Source of the DNA: Octopus vulgaris
Lineage: Eukaryota
Direction of reading: 5' to 3'
Assembly (NCBI GenBank): GCA_951406725.2
Contig: OX597816.1
Location: 116,374,001 to 116,438,000, forward strand
DNA: 64,000 nucleotides
Position numbers and translations under genes: made by a program. The number at the start of each line of letters is the position of its first letter. The stretch's first letter is position 1. Shown here one piece after another: positions 1-12,345 of this stretch. The notes under the pieces were generated by a model, which did no database searches, was not told the origin of the DNA, and saw nothing but the letters and a program-made list of their open reading frames with translations.

Positions 1-304
1 AGTGCAGAACAAGAAAATTCTTCTTCGGGGTTAAGATTACAAGTGTGAAAATATAAGCCAGCAGTGTTTTACATTCTTAATGGGTAAACGAATTGCTACC
101 ACTGGAGAATGCAAGACAACGGGAGTGTGCATACCTAGACAGGAAGTAGAAGGAGAGAGGATGAAGGAAATAGTCGTAAAAGTAGGAAAAGAAGCTGGCG
201 AATATGAGGTGGAAAAAAATAAGGTGAGAGGTGGGTTGAAGGAAAACAATGGTGTTACTGATCAAAGGCGGTTGCAAGCACTGCAAGGAAAAGCATCAAT
301 GCAG

Positions 305-995
305 ACTTGTCTGTGTTGTGAGAACGCGGTTTGAACAGGAAACGTTGTTTCTTCAGTTACCTTGTATATGTGGAACCATGATGTGCAGATATGCCGCACA
401 CTGATAAATAGATAATGGAATGGCTTTTAATGTTGTAGTAGATGGCAACAAGTTAACTTGACATAAGCTGTTGGTAAAAAAAAAAACCTGCCTGTTTCTC
501 TATTTTTAAATGCAGCGAAAAGTTTGTAGATAATGCAATATATGAAGTTTGAAGATGTGCATCAGAAGTTTGGGGTGATATGACATTGAGATTTAGGGTC
601 GGCGATAGTTATATTGTTGATTATGTAAGGATAAGTGTTTCTTCGTCGGCGAGTGCATTTAGAATTGCCTAAATGTTCGAAACTGGGTAACATAGTTTCT
701 AATTAGATGGTCTAGGTTCTCTTGTTTCTTGAAAGCGAGAAGACGTGATGCGAGAAAGATTGGAATGGTTGCGGAATCACAGAGTAAGATTTGGAAACTG
801 CAGACGAGAGTGCGTTTGAACGGGATGCTGGACGAGTGAAAGGTGAAGGAGGGTGGAATCTAGCCTATAAGTATACATTGAGAGAATAGGAGAGTTAGAA
901 GAGCAGTGACTTGTCGATGATTAGGGCACGGAGAAAAGCTGGGTCTACAATCATTCGAGAGTACCCTGGATTCAGAAAGAGCTGTTGCATTCTCG
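305..995 (-). mobile_element. Decayed Penelope-like retroelement, RT C-terminus plus GIY-YIG endonuclease region
   Basis: Manual minus-strand translation across frameshifts: MQQLFLNPGYSRMIVDPAFLRAL...IPPSFTFHSSSIPFKRTL...LLAFKKQENL...KCTRRRRNTYPYI...NF*CTSSNFIYCIIYKLF...RETGR...SHSIIYLSVCGI...LKKQRFLFK. This follows the Penelope order (FxxRGY, IPxxxTFH, AFRR, CxxxRCxTC, FTCTSSNLIYCI, YIGETGR, EQRLIF). Confidence 0.75.
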
Positions 996-1032
996 CCCAA
1001 TACATTTCTTACCACACAGCCACGCCTGCACC

Positions 1033-1178
<146 letters not shown>

Positions 1179-1179
1179 T

Positions 1180-1530
1180 TCGTAGACGAAGAATGGCCGG
1201 TTGCTAAGGAAGTTCGCTTCTCAACAACGAAGTCCTGCATTCCATCCTACTGCATGACATCTCAGACAGATATCATATTCTGTTGCCTTGGATCTACCTA
1301 TAATCTGTGAGTGAAAATTTGCAGACCAAATTGTATAGAATCTCGTTGGGTGGAGTGCACTTGTGATCTGAAAAGTACAACCTTTTCACGCAGTGTCACG
1401 TTGAATCTATCTGAGAATTACGTTGAAGGTACACATGACTAAGGGATCCTCAACCACTTATACTTTAAGCTATTGCAGATAATTTAGTTAATTTAACAAG
1501 TATATCTTCACTGCCAAGAGATGGAGATCC
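1180..1530 (+). mobile_element. Highly decayed SINE fragments (CORE-like head plus tail of the family seen at 32838)
   Basis: Loose similarity to the copies at 22583 and 32838 (e.g. gtgtcacgttgaatctatctgagaattacgttgaaggtacacatg). Confidence 0.5.
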
Positions 1531-1844
1531 ACCCCAAAAAGTTGTGTGTGCGTGCGTGTGTGTGTACTTAGTATGTATGTATGCATGTATGTATGTATGT
1601 ATATATGTGTATGTGTATATTATACGTTCCTTCTTCATACTTTGTCACCTAATGACATTGAAATAGATGAAACATGTATGCATAAGAGGCCGTATATCCT
1701 GATCTCCTGGACATGCGCTGATAGCATCATGCTGCTTGGCGTCGATGGCGGAAGTGATACTAAGTGAAGTTGCTGAAATCACAGTGATATCCAACCGTCT
1801 AACGAGGATGTGTATTTCCTACAGCTATGATTTATGTATGTGTG

Positions 1845-1915
<71 letters not shown>

Positions 1916-1951
1916 TGTGTTTGTATGTGTGTGCGTGCGTGCGCTTATATG

Positions 1952-1994
<43 letters not shown>

Positions 1995-3039
1995 ACACAC
2001 ACACACACAATACACAGACACATACCCCCGCATGCATATTATACAATGGAAATGCTTGTGGTTTATGAGAATTTTGATGTGCAGATGCTGTTTGTTGAAA
2101 CCAATATTGTCGGACCGTCGATAACACACGCACTGATAGTACTTTACTTCAGTTTAGGATATTTTATTAATAAATTATAAATTTTTCGTTACTGTTCTGT
2201 AACTTTATCAATGTTTCGAATTCTCATAGTAATCTTTCGGTGCGAGATATATTATCAAATATTATTTGTGTGTAGTGAAACATGTGAACGTGTAACCGTG
2301 TTACTGTTTTGTTTTTTCTTGTCTTCTTGCTTGTCTTCCTGCGGTGGTAGCGGCAGCAGTGAAGGTGGTGAGGTTGTTCGATAATGGTTCTTACTGTGTT
2401 GATCCTCCGCTCAGTTTTTTTTTCCTGTTGTGGATGTATGAACGTCGTTTCAGAATCTGTTACCAGTATGCTTACTGCTTTCGTAGCTTGTCCCAATGTT
2501 AGATCTTTTAGGTGCGTAGAAAGTATTCTTACTTTAATTTAGTTTTTTTAGTCCATTGCCTGTTAGTAGAATATAAATATCTTTTCCAATTCATTGCATT
2601 CATGAGAGTATTTTACAATCCATTCACCTTTACAACGAACCATTTCTCCTACATAGATTGTGATCGTGTCCCACGAGAGCCCTTTCATGCATTTTATGTG
2701 TTGCACTACTTTTTAGTTTTGCATTTTATCTGTGAGTCGATTTCATTCATTTTGTGGTTGTTGTCAGTAGAGAATTTTTTCCTAAAGGGATATCACATAG
2801 CTGTGACTTGATGTCTCTGCCTGTTTTTTTCCCCCTACTTGATTTTAAGTTTCACCTTGTATAGCCTTTTCTTAAATCTTTGGACAAGCAGTTAACATGA
2901 CGCATTAGAATTGACTGTTGTCATACCATGAACCTGTTATGTGTAGTTTCTTTCTATTCTTTTCTAGTCTGTAACAGAGTTTGCCCCAGTATATGAAACA
3001 CTCTATGTATTATTTTGATGATAATTTTGAAAATTTTCT

Positions 3040-3516
3040 TGCCTGGAAGAGGTAGTGCTGCCCTGGGTCAACAGGAAGACACTATGTCTGGGAGCAGGAC
3101 TCTGCACCATGCAACGCAAGCAGGAGAACCCAGTCATGGCTGTCAGACAATTTCTGCGACCACATCACCCCTAACATCTGGCCACCTAACTCCTTAGACT
3201 GCAAACCCCCTTGATTGCCATGTGTGGGGCGCAGTTGAATGAGAGACCAGCAAAACTTCTTGTAAGATAAACTGAAAGCAAGGATATGGCAGCATTCACC
3301 AACTTAAGCAAGGAAGCTGTCCAGAAGACTTGCAGGAGATTCCGAAGACGTCTGGAGGCCGTAGTTGAAGCCAATGGCGATTTTATTCAATAAATTTACT
3401 CTTTAGTATTTCAAGATATTTTCATGTAATTTTAGTAAATATATCTGTTAAAATGAGATGTTAGAGTTATTTTCATTTTTGCGTAATTTAGACGACAATA
3501 TATTCACCGCACCCTG
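3040..3516 (+). mobile_element. Tc1/mariner DD37D (maT-type) transposon 3' fragment with right TIR
   Basis: Translation CLEEVVLPW...YVWEQDSAPCNASRRTQSWLSDNFCDHITPNIWPPNSLDC.PLD...RRFRRRLEAVVEANGDFIQ*, about 37 residues between the last two catalytic D; ends in ttcaccgcaccctg; same family as 41572-42467. Confidence 0.85.
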
Positions 3517-4876
3517 TTTATATTTGTCTGTATACAGAGCTTTGTAATGGGATGCGATGGTGTGATGTCATGGGCAGACTATTTGGTTCATCATCTTATT
3601 TTCTACTGAAAATGATGACTCTTGTCATCATTACACCCTAAATCACTTCCATATTAATCTTCCAAGTGTTAGACATTTTGCTTTCTCCTAACAGCAAACC
3701 AATCTCTCTTAATAATTCTTCAAATAATCATGCAACACGACATTGCATCAATAACAAAATTTGTTATGCCAATGACAGAAAATTCTATGTGGTTGCTATT
3801 TCTGCTAGAAATCAGCAACTAAATGATATTTAAAATATCACCAAAAAACAAATGATTTCTTTTAAAATCTAGTCCAAATTACGCGATACCTGCAGGTAGT
3901 GCTTCAATCAGTTAAGGTTGATTATACATTTGTATACGATTCTGTGCGCATGGGCAAGATTGTTTGTGGAAGACTGGCCGTTACCATGCAAATAAATCTT
4001 TCTTTTGTACAATACTGATGTTTCTCCAAGGGACAGGTCACCGAGCGACAACGAGACGGCTTGATACCAATACCATTGCAGGCGTTGTTGTCAGAACACA
4101 GAATCCTGAACCATTTTAACCGATAATGTAACTATTCCACCGGCCCGAATTAGTATTTTTTAAATTAACATTATGTGTGAAAACCAGCATTTACTCCATC
4201 GAGATTTGAACTCAGACGATATAAAGATGGAGCAAGTAACGCCAGATTTATATATATATCGAACGCTATACTGATACGTTGCTAATTCGTTGCCTTAGAA
4301 ATAAGAGTAATCGTCTAAAACAAATAGCAATCATTTTAACAATAACTATTCTTAGACAATTATTCAAATAGTTTCTTTAAAGGCAGATATACAGCATCTT
4401 CTGATTCTTTATCATTGAAATGTAACAGGCCACAATAACACAGCTGTACTGAAACTAGAACAGCTACAGTTAATACAGTCGTTTAATTTTGGGCCGACTA
4501 AATTTCAGCATATCAGAGTTACATGACCTAAGGTCAGCCTTCAAAATGTTTAAGTTCGCTACATGTCATGTTTTACAAGGTTTACTCAAACAAGGCTGAC
4601 GTGATTAACAACACTGACAAGTAATTAACTGTAGTAATCTGCAATGAAACTAACTGCAGCTAAAAATAATGCAGCAGCTGTAAACATCAGCCAATAAAAT
4701 ATCAAAAATAAATCTCAACACACACAAAAATCAAAAGCAATAAACTTAATAGCAACAGTGATTGTAAACCCATATATCATCAATGGCTGTAAACCCACAC
4801 AAACTACAACAATTTTAACAATGACAACACCTTTAGGTTATTTTAGTTGCGAAAAATGACAACAGTTAAAATAGTG

Positions 4877-4966
<90 letters not shown>
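4877..4966. repeat. (TA)n microsatellite
   Basis: Direct reading; dozens of similar arrays occur through the window. Confidence 0.97.
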
Positions 4967-4970
<4 letters not shown>

Positions 4971-5889
4971 TTATTTGCGAATTTTATAATAGCAAGAATG
5001 CGATAACGTTTCTAATAGCACAATCAACAGTAGCAACAACAAATGAAAGAAAACTGGGCCATTGCGACCACTACAATAAATAGGAAAAATAGCAAAAATA
5101 ACAACAGCTATAATAGCAAAAACAACAAAATCAATAAATATAACAACGTTAACAACATTAAATCTCCGTCAAAAACAACAACACATGTTTTATTTCTTAA
5201 TCACATTTAAATGGGTTTTTAATACATTCACTTTTTTTTTCTTGTCATAGAATGTTTGTGAAGATTGTTCGTATGTGGGAGGGTACGATGACTTTTAAAT
5301 ATTTTTATCAAATTTCTAAAATATTTTAAAATGCTTGAGATAGCATTTTTACGCCTCTAACTAGTTTAGATCGGTGTTTAATGGTTTAAATATTTTCCAT
5401 TATTTGCTTTTCTTTGTCTGAACTGATATCCTTATAGACACAGGAACTATTTCTATCAACTTCAGGTATACGTAAGGCGACTATACCTTACCTAGTGAAT
5501 AACAGTATGTTAGTCAAATATCTAAATCCTGCTACTGCTGTATTATAGTATTAGTACTGGCTCCCTTCCATGGATAAGATATTAAACTCTTGTCAGCATC
5601 AAAGGTATTGCATAATTCAGGTAGGGCACGCATGAGATATGGATCACCATAGGTGGGCCGCACTACTGAAACGTACAAGGTAAATTTTCATTTGGCGTGT
5701 TATTTAGAAAGTCTCGCAGGCTGCAGTTTTCCCACGACTGCTATAATTGATAAATATTATGATACATCTGAAGAAAAGCGTTTCCCTTTTTTATTCAAAC
5801 TAATATGAAGTCCCAACAATCCAGTTGTTCACAGGATGCACTACCACATGTAAGTAATTCTATGTGATCATTGCGTTTCCTTGTTACTT

Positions 5890-6191
<302 letters not shown>

Positions 6192-6419
6192 GCTGTTTCT
6201 CATTTTGAGATGCTGGTACTAACTGTCCTACTATCTCTTACTTCTCATCGTGACATTATATCTTCCGTATGTGCTTATTTTCTTAATATTCGTCTCCTTA
6301 GGCTATCGTTATCGTGCCTATTGCGGTTTCCTTCAGATTCCCTCTCATTAACCAGTTCTACGTCCCACTTCTTCCATAAGTGGTGTTTCTGAAGAAAATT
6401 CCATACATTTTTCCATATT

Positions 6420-7066
6420 AAGGTGACGAGCTGACGGAATCATTAGCATGCCGGACAAAATGTTTTAGCGGCATTTCTTCTAGCTTGAAGTTCTGAGCTC
6501 AGTTTCCACCGAGGTGGGTTTTCGGGGGTCGATATAATAAGAACTCATTTCGAGCTCTAGGGTTGATGTAATCGACTAACTCCACGACACACACACACAC
6601 ACACACACAAATTCAGGCCTTGAGCCTTTAGTAGAAAGAATTATTATCATTGAGACGTCGACGACATTTTGTCTGTCTTTACGTTCTGAGTTCAATTTCC
6701 GAAGAGGTCGGTCTTGCCCTTCATCATTTTGGGAGTCGATAAAATAAGAATAGAATCATTTGGAATGGGTCGATGTGATCGACTTACCCTTCCTCCAAAA
6801 TTGCTGGCATTGTGCCAAAATTCGAAACCATTATTAAGGCAATGGCAAAATCATTAGCATGCCGAACAAAATGCTTAACGGTATTTCTTCAACTTTACGT
6901 TCTGAGTTCAAATTCCGCCTGGGTCGAATTTGCTTTTTACCCTATCAGTACTTTTTTTATCCTTTCGTCGATGAATGACGTCCCCGTTGAACACTGGGGT
7001 CGATCTAATTGACTATTCCCCTCCACTAAAATTTCAGGTTTTGTGCCTATTGTAGAAAGTATTATT
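6420..7066 (+). mobile_element. Three tandem decayed family-A SINE copies
   Basis: Repeated gttctgagttcaa...gaggtcg...tcgataaaataag...ggggtcgatgtaatcgact...aaatttcaggccttg motif order. Confidence 0.8.
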
Positions 7067-7302
7067 ATGAATAACTTTCACATAACTGGAAACTCGAAGA
7101 GGGTGAGAATATTCTTTACTGTAACCATATTGGTATCATATGTTCTTCATAGAAATTTTTTCTTTTTATCAGTTTCCTGCAGTACCAGTAATAACCTCAA
7201 GGGATTACCATCAAGGGATTATCATTACTGCCTGTTCATTAATGACGTGATTAAAGAATGTTGTTAAAATAAAATATATTGATAAACATCACCATTATGA
7301 CA

Positions 7303-7622
7303 GTGGTGGTGGTGGTGGTGGTGGTGGTGGTGGTTTTAGTGGTAGTAGCGGTAGGGAGTCGGTAGCGGCGGTGGAAGGTGTTGAAGAAGGTGATGGTGGT
7401 GGTAGTGGTGGTATTTGTGATGACAATAATGACGACGATAGTCATCATCATCATGGGAATGATGTTAATGGTATCGACAGCAATGGCGATGGGGTTGAGG
7501 ATGCTGATGGAGACGACGACGACGATGATGATGATGATAATGATGATGATGATGATGATGATGATGACGACGACTACGATGATGATGCTGACGACGACGA
7601 TGATGATGATGCCGATGACGAA
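7303..7622. repeat. (GGT)n/(GAT)n low-complexity tract
   Basis: Direct reading. Confidence 0.9.
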
Positions 7623-8486
7623 GATTGCTAGGAAAATAACTGCGATGGCATTAATTAGTACGCTGAAAGAAATGGGGGATGCAATTTACAACAGACATTA
7701 TTACTAATTGTGTCACGTTGAAAGTATGTGCTGCAGTGAGTGGGGTAGATTCACATTTATACATACATATACGCACGAAAAACAAAATACTTAATTAAAA
7801 CCAAATAAAATATAAAATATAAAAAAAATACGTACCAAAAAACTACATCCACCCTCCCATCCTACTCCATTCGTAGAGTCAAAGAAAAAAAGTAGACAAA
7901 AATTAGACAAAAGGTTTTCAAAAATCAGATTTCGACTCTAAATAACTGATAACTAATGACAATATATACGTTCATGCTAAATGTACTTAAGAGGTGCCGG
8001 TGTGAAGCATAGAATGAACTGCAGAGATGATTGGTTAGGTGAGTGCATGGGTCGGTGCATAAATGGAGGAGTGACAAATATAAACCGTATAGCGAACTGG
8101 GTGTATGTAACAGTTATTGACAATGTCGCTCAGGTTTGTAAAACTTTCATATCAGTAAAGTGGAAAATAATGTAGCAATACCTACCTCCTTACCTCCACA
8201 TGGCAAGGTTAAATAAGCCTCTCAACCCTTCGAGGTCAGTAACATAAGTACCAGCACGTGGTTGCAGGATGAGTGGAATTGACAGAGGAAAGACGAAATT
8301 GTTTGTTATATTTACTCTTGCTCTATTAGTTCTGAATACTTGGATGGTAGATTTAATCCATCAACCAGTTTAGAGGTCTATAAACAAAGCACCTGCCCAA
8401 TGCTGGAGATGTTTCTTCTTTTCTCTCCTCCCCTCTCCATCTCTCTGAATTGTTCCTATAATTCAAAGGGCCAGCCGTATCACATA

Positions 8487-8884
8487 TTGGTTTCAAAATT
8501 TGGCACCATGCCAGCAATTTTAGGGGAGGGTTAAGTCGAGTACATCGACCCCAGTGTGCCACTGGTACTTATTTCATCGACTCCGAAAGGCTGGAAGGCA
8601 AAGTCGACCTCGGCGGAATTTGAACTCAGAACGTAAAGACGGACGAAATACCTATTTCTTTATTGCCCAAAAGGGGCTAAACATAGAGGGGACAAACAAG
8701 GACAGACAAACGGATTAAGTCGATTAAATCGACCCCAGTGCGTAACTGGTACTTAATATATCGAGCCCGAAAGGATGAAAGGCAAAGTCGACCTCGGCGG
8801 AATTTGAACTCAGAACGTAGCGGCAGACGAAATACCGCTAAGCGTTTTGCTCAAAGTGGTAACGATCCTACCAGCTCGGCGCCT
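8487..8884 (-). mobile_element. Dimeric family-A SINE inserted into a family-C SINE
   Basis: Two copies of aaggcaaagtcgacctcggcggaatttgaactcagaacgta; flanked by the near-duplicate cagccgtatcacata / cagccatgtcacata. Confidence 0.85.
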
Positions 8885-9399
8885 CAGCCATGTCACATAC
8901 TATTTCATGGTGATTTGCGCTAAGAACTGCATTAAGGATACACGTCGGTGGAATATTCAGTCTTTTACACCTTAATTGAACAAGTAGATAGTTTAGTTGA
9001 TTAAACAAGTTAGTGCACATCGTCGAAACGGACGAAGATTCACGTGGTCCCAGTTGTTGGCACATCAACTCTTAGCGCAAACACTCCTCCCAAGCCATCG
9101 AGGAAACCTCTATATGACCGCTTGATCTGATAGGATAGCAGACAAATCTCCATGTATAACTCAACCATTGTCCTATAACAATACACATTGGATAATGGAA
9201 CAGCGGGTTCCCTGCACGTAGAAAAAAAAACATGGGAAGGGTATGGCTAGAACAACTTTGGTCGCACATTTGCTCAACTAACCTGGAACTAAACGATGTC
9301 AACAATTGCAACAAATATATTCCACACCTTTCTCTAGCTCGTACTAAAGAGAGATCCTCTTTGTGATCTTCATTTGGTCAACAAAAAATACGAAATTAA

Positions 9400-9540
9400 T
9401 CCCCCAACTACATGGTTCTAGGTCCAGTCCCATTGCGTGGCACTTTGGACAAGTGACTCCTACTAGAGCCTTGTGCTGATCAAAGCCTTCAGTGGAGTGA
9501 ATTTGGCAGACGGCAATTGAAAGAAACTCGTTGTGTACAT
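9400..9540 (+). mobile_element. Decayed CORE-type SINE (family B) fragment
   Basis: gcgtggcactttggacaagtg...aaagcc...gtgaatttggcagacgg matches the 22583 copy. Confidence 0.7.
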
Positions 9541-9836
9541 TTCTGAGAAAAATTGGGGTTTTGTCCGGCAGGTTGAAGTTAGTTCACTTCTTTATTAAGA
9601 CTGGAGTGGCGAGAGATTTGGAGTATCTATCTATCTATCTACTGTGGTAGCAAAAATCGATTAATTTCTAAATGCTTCTGCCTTATAAATATTGCATATA
9701 TTATGTTTATATTATGTTTATTATATATATATATATAATAGAAATATGTTACGAACAGAAAATAGAAACTATACGTGGAAATGTAAGGGGAAAGTAAGGA
9801 AAAAAGGCGAAAATGCACATTGGAAATCTAAAAAAG

Positions 9837-9906
<70 letters not shown>

Positions 9907-9907
<1 letters not shown>

Positions 9908-10407
9908 GGTTTCGGTCCCCCAGCTAGCGATATATTGTATATAAAGGGCGCAGAACTTACACCGAAAACCAGCTGGCAGAGAATCCGACTGGGGTTAAAT
10001 TAATAGCAACATTCATCTGCCACTTTGATGTGGCTACTCGCTTTCTGTTTATTATACGTTACTACGCTGTCTCTTCTTCAGATTTTATAACCAGCTATTT
10101 TACTTGTTGCAAATCAGTCACCGATGGTCACTTGTTTACAATATATCGCTAGCAGAAGTCGATCTTAGCTATCATTCCACTGCACATGTGCACGCAGCTG
10201 ATATGAGCCAAATAGTTCGAAACTGGCCGGTTTTGCGATCCTGTAGCTGCTGGAGGGTAATATGGGTTCGCTCTCCCTGCTAGCGATATATTGTATATAA
10301 AAGATGCAGAGCTTGCGCCGAAAACTAGCTGGCGGAGAATCCGCCTGGGGTTAAACTAGTAGTAACATTCACCTGTTACTTTGATGTGGCTACTCGCTTT
10401 ATTGTTT
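9907..10407 (+). mobile_element. Element with ~140-bp imperfect direct repeats (period ~356) around an HHR-like motif
   Basis: gctagcgatatattgtatataaa...gagaatccg...ggggttaaa...ctttgatgtggctactcgcttt at ~9923 and ~10279; flanked by dinucleotide arrays. Confidence 0.8.
10193..10237 (+). ncRNA. Degenerate minimal type I hammerhead ribozyme (G8 apparently lost)
   Basis: CGCAG-CUGAU(-)AU-GAGC-caaaua-GUUC-GAAAC-UGGCCG-GUU-UUGCG: stem I CGCAG/UUGCG, stem II GAGC/GUUC, quasi-palindromic stem III. Confidence 0.55.
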
Positions 10408-10479
10408 GTGTTTGTGTGTGTGTAAGTGTATGTATATATGTGAGTGTATATATGTGTGTGTATATATGTGTTTATATAT

Positions 10480-10524
<45 letters not shown>

Positions 10525-10879
10525 CATTTATATATGCATAGGTACCCCTTTGTATATGATGGATATATACTACATATGCACGCACGTGTGTGTATGTGTA
10601 TTTACTAATGAGAAAGTAATATTTCAGAATGACGGTTTCTTTTTATAAACGCAGGAGGTATTGCGCAGATGACCTAATTAAAATTAATGCATTTGATGGT
10701 GTTCTTTCTTTTGTGGGGAGATAAAGGAAACTAAGAAAAAACTTATCGAAAACTTTTCGGTTTCAGCAAAATATTAAATAAGCAATAAATTACTCAAAAC
10801 CTTTCTAAACGAAAAGTTTCAAAATAGCGAATAATACAGGCCTCAAGAAAGTATACAACAACTCCCTCAGCATGTGTTA

Positions 10880-11091
10880 CGAGTAACAGAACGATTCCTG
10901 GTTTTGGGTTAAAGAAAATACAGAAGGAGCAGTTAATTATGATTTTATTCAACATATTCCTCTCTCAGATTCACTCCCTTACTGCAGCGGTCCTTGGTTT
11001 TTCTAAGCCCTGTAAAAGAACTTGGAAGGTTAGGCCTCCAACCAGGCCTTTCGCGAGATCCTTAAAGCCAAGAACATTTCAGCACTCCTGG
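10880..11091. mobile_element. Mariner-derived MITE (~210 bp)
   Basis: Same family as 48073-48288 and 43148-43298; degenerate TIRs (…ttcctggttt / aaagccaagaacatttcagcactcc). Confidence 0.75.
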
Positions 11092-11366
11092 ATACAACAT
11101 AAATATTGAATTGAGCTATTACTCTTAAATATTCATCTAACAAACAGCTTTCTGATAATCAGTTTTTTTAAATATCTATAACACGTTATTTGTGTAAGTT
11201 ATATAATGTACTATAATATATTATGCACTTTAAAAAGTGTAAACCACAGAACTGGAGGCAATCCAATACCACTATACCGAGAAGATTGCCTTATTGCATA
11301 GATGGACCACTGCTAGAAGCTAAAAGAGCAAAGGCTCTACTCCCATGCGAGATGAAGTGTACATAC

Positions 11367-11410
<44 letters not shown>

Positions 11411-11437
11411 CCTCTCAACGTAAGTGAGACACATTAC

Positions 11438-11477
<40 letters not shown>

Positions 11478-11520
11478 CAATAATAATTCTCTAATAGAGA
11501 TATAGACAGTCACTGCTCGA

Positions 11521-11921
11521 TAACATAAGGGAATGAAGCGGAAACCACACACGGACCATGGTTTCAAGGTGTATTGCCTATCGTCAACGTGTGGTAGGCT
11601 TCCGCTTCCTCGACGAAATCTCACTCTGCAGGATGTTAAAGGTGTCCTTTAACCTGCAAAGGGAGATAATTCTATCCTGCAGAGTGAGATTTCGTCGAGG
11701 AAGCGGAGGCCTACCACACGTTGACGATAGGCAATACACCTTGAAACCATGGTCCGTGTGTGGTTTCCGCTCCATCGGGGAATTATCTCCCTTTGCAGGT
11801 TAAAGGACACCGTGATGGTGTCAAGCCTATCTGGCGACGTCGATGTTCGCCTGGGGCTAAATGCAACAGTAACACCCCACCACCCTCCCTGTCCCTAGAT
11901 ATTCAGATGGTGTCCCTTATG

Positions 11922-11924
<3 letters not shown>
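11521..11924. mobile_element. Element with interleaved inverted repeats (C-A-B-A'-B'-X-C') carrying an HHR motif on each strand
   Basis: A 11533-11634 / A' 11674-11775 (~102 bp); B 11641-11672 / B' 11780-11811 (32 bp); C taacataaggga / C' tcccttatgtta; lies between TA arrays. Confidence 0.9.
11715..11760 (+). ncRNA. Type I hammerhead ribozyme-like motif (C3U variant); an inverse copy lies on the - strand at ~11548-11593
   Basis: CACACG-UUGACGA-U-AGG-caauaca-CCU-U-GAAAC-CAUG-GUC-CGUGUG: perfect 6-bp stem I, palindromic stem III ACCAUGGU, GUC cleavage triplet. Confidence 0.7.
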
Positions 11925-11972
<48 letters not shown>

Positions 11973-12184
11973 ACACCAGATTCCTAAAATCGTTTAAAAC
12001 AGCATTAGAATAATTTGTAAAGTCAATAAATCCCAGAAAATTTACGAGAGCATACGTTGTTTAGGAAACATTTGTAGAAAGACATCTTCGGCTAATTTGA
12101 ATAAATTTTATATTACTCTTTGATAACTTTAGCCCTAGATTTAACTCAATTTTAATCTATTCTAAAAGATAACATACAAATATT

Positions 12185-12345
12185 GATTTCAAATTTTAAA
12201 GGGTGGGTTTGTCGATATAATCGATCCAATTACTTCACTGGTTCTTTATTTTATCGACTCCGGCAGATTTTGATGTCAGAACTAGATGAGACGGAAGAAA
12301 TACCACTAGACATTTTATACAACGCGCAAACAATTTTGCCCTCAC
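12185..12345 (-). mobile_element. Decayed family-A SINE
   Basis: gtcgatataatcgatcc...actggttctttattttatcgac...tcagaac. Confidence 0.6.

Noticed and set aside
1640-1700. NDIEIDETCMHKRPY resembling the Merlin/IS1595 VEIDES motif
   Set aside because: Single short motif, no further catalytic residues and no TIRs
2224-2496. 90-aa non-repetitive ORF as a host exon
   Set aside because: No recognisable domain, TTG start, upstream in-frame stops and no clear splice signals
11533-11811. CRISPR-like or DIRS-like (ITR/ICR) reading of the repeats
   Set aside because: No repeat-spacer array, no cas, tyrosine recombinase or RT coding; the HHR motif explains the structure better
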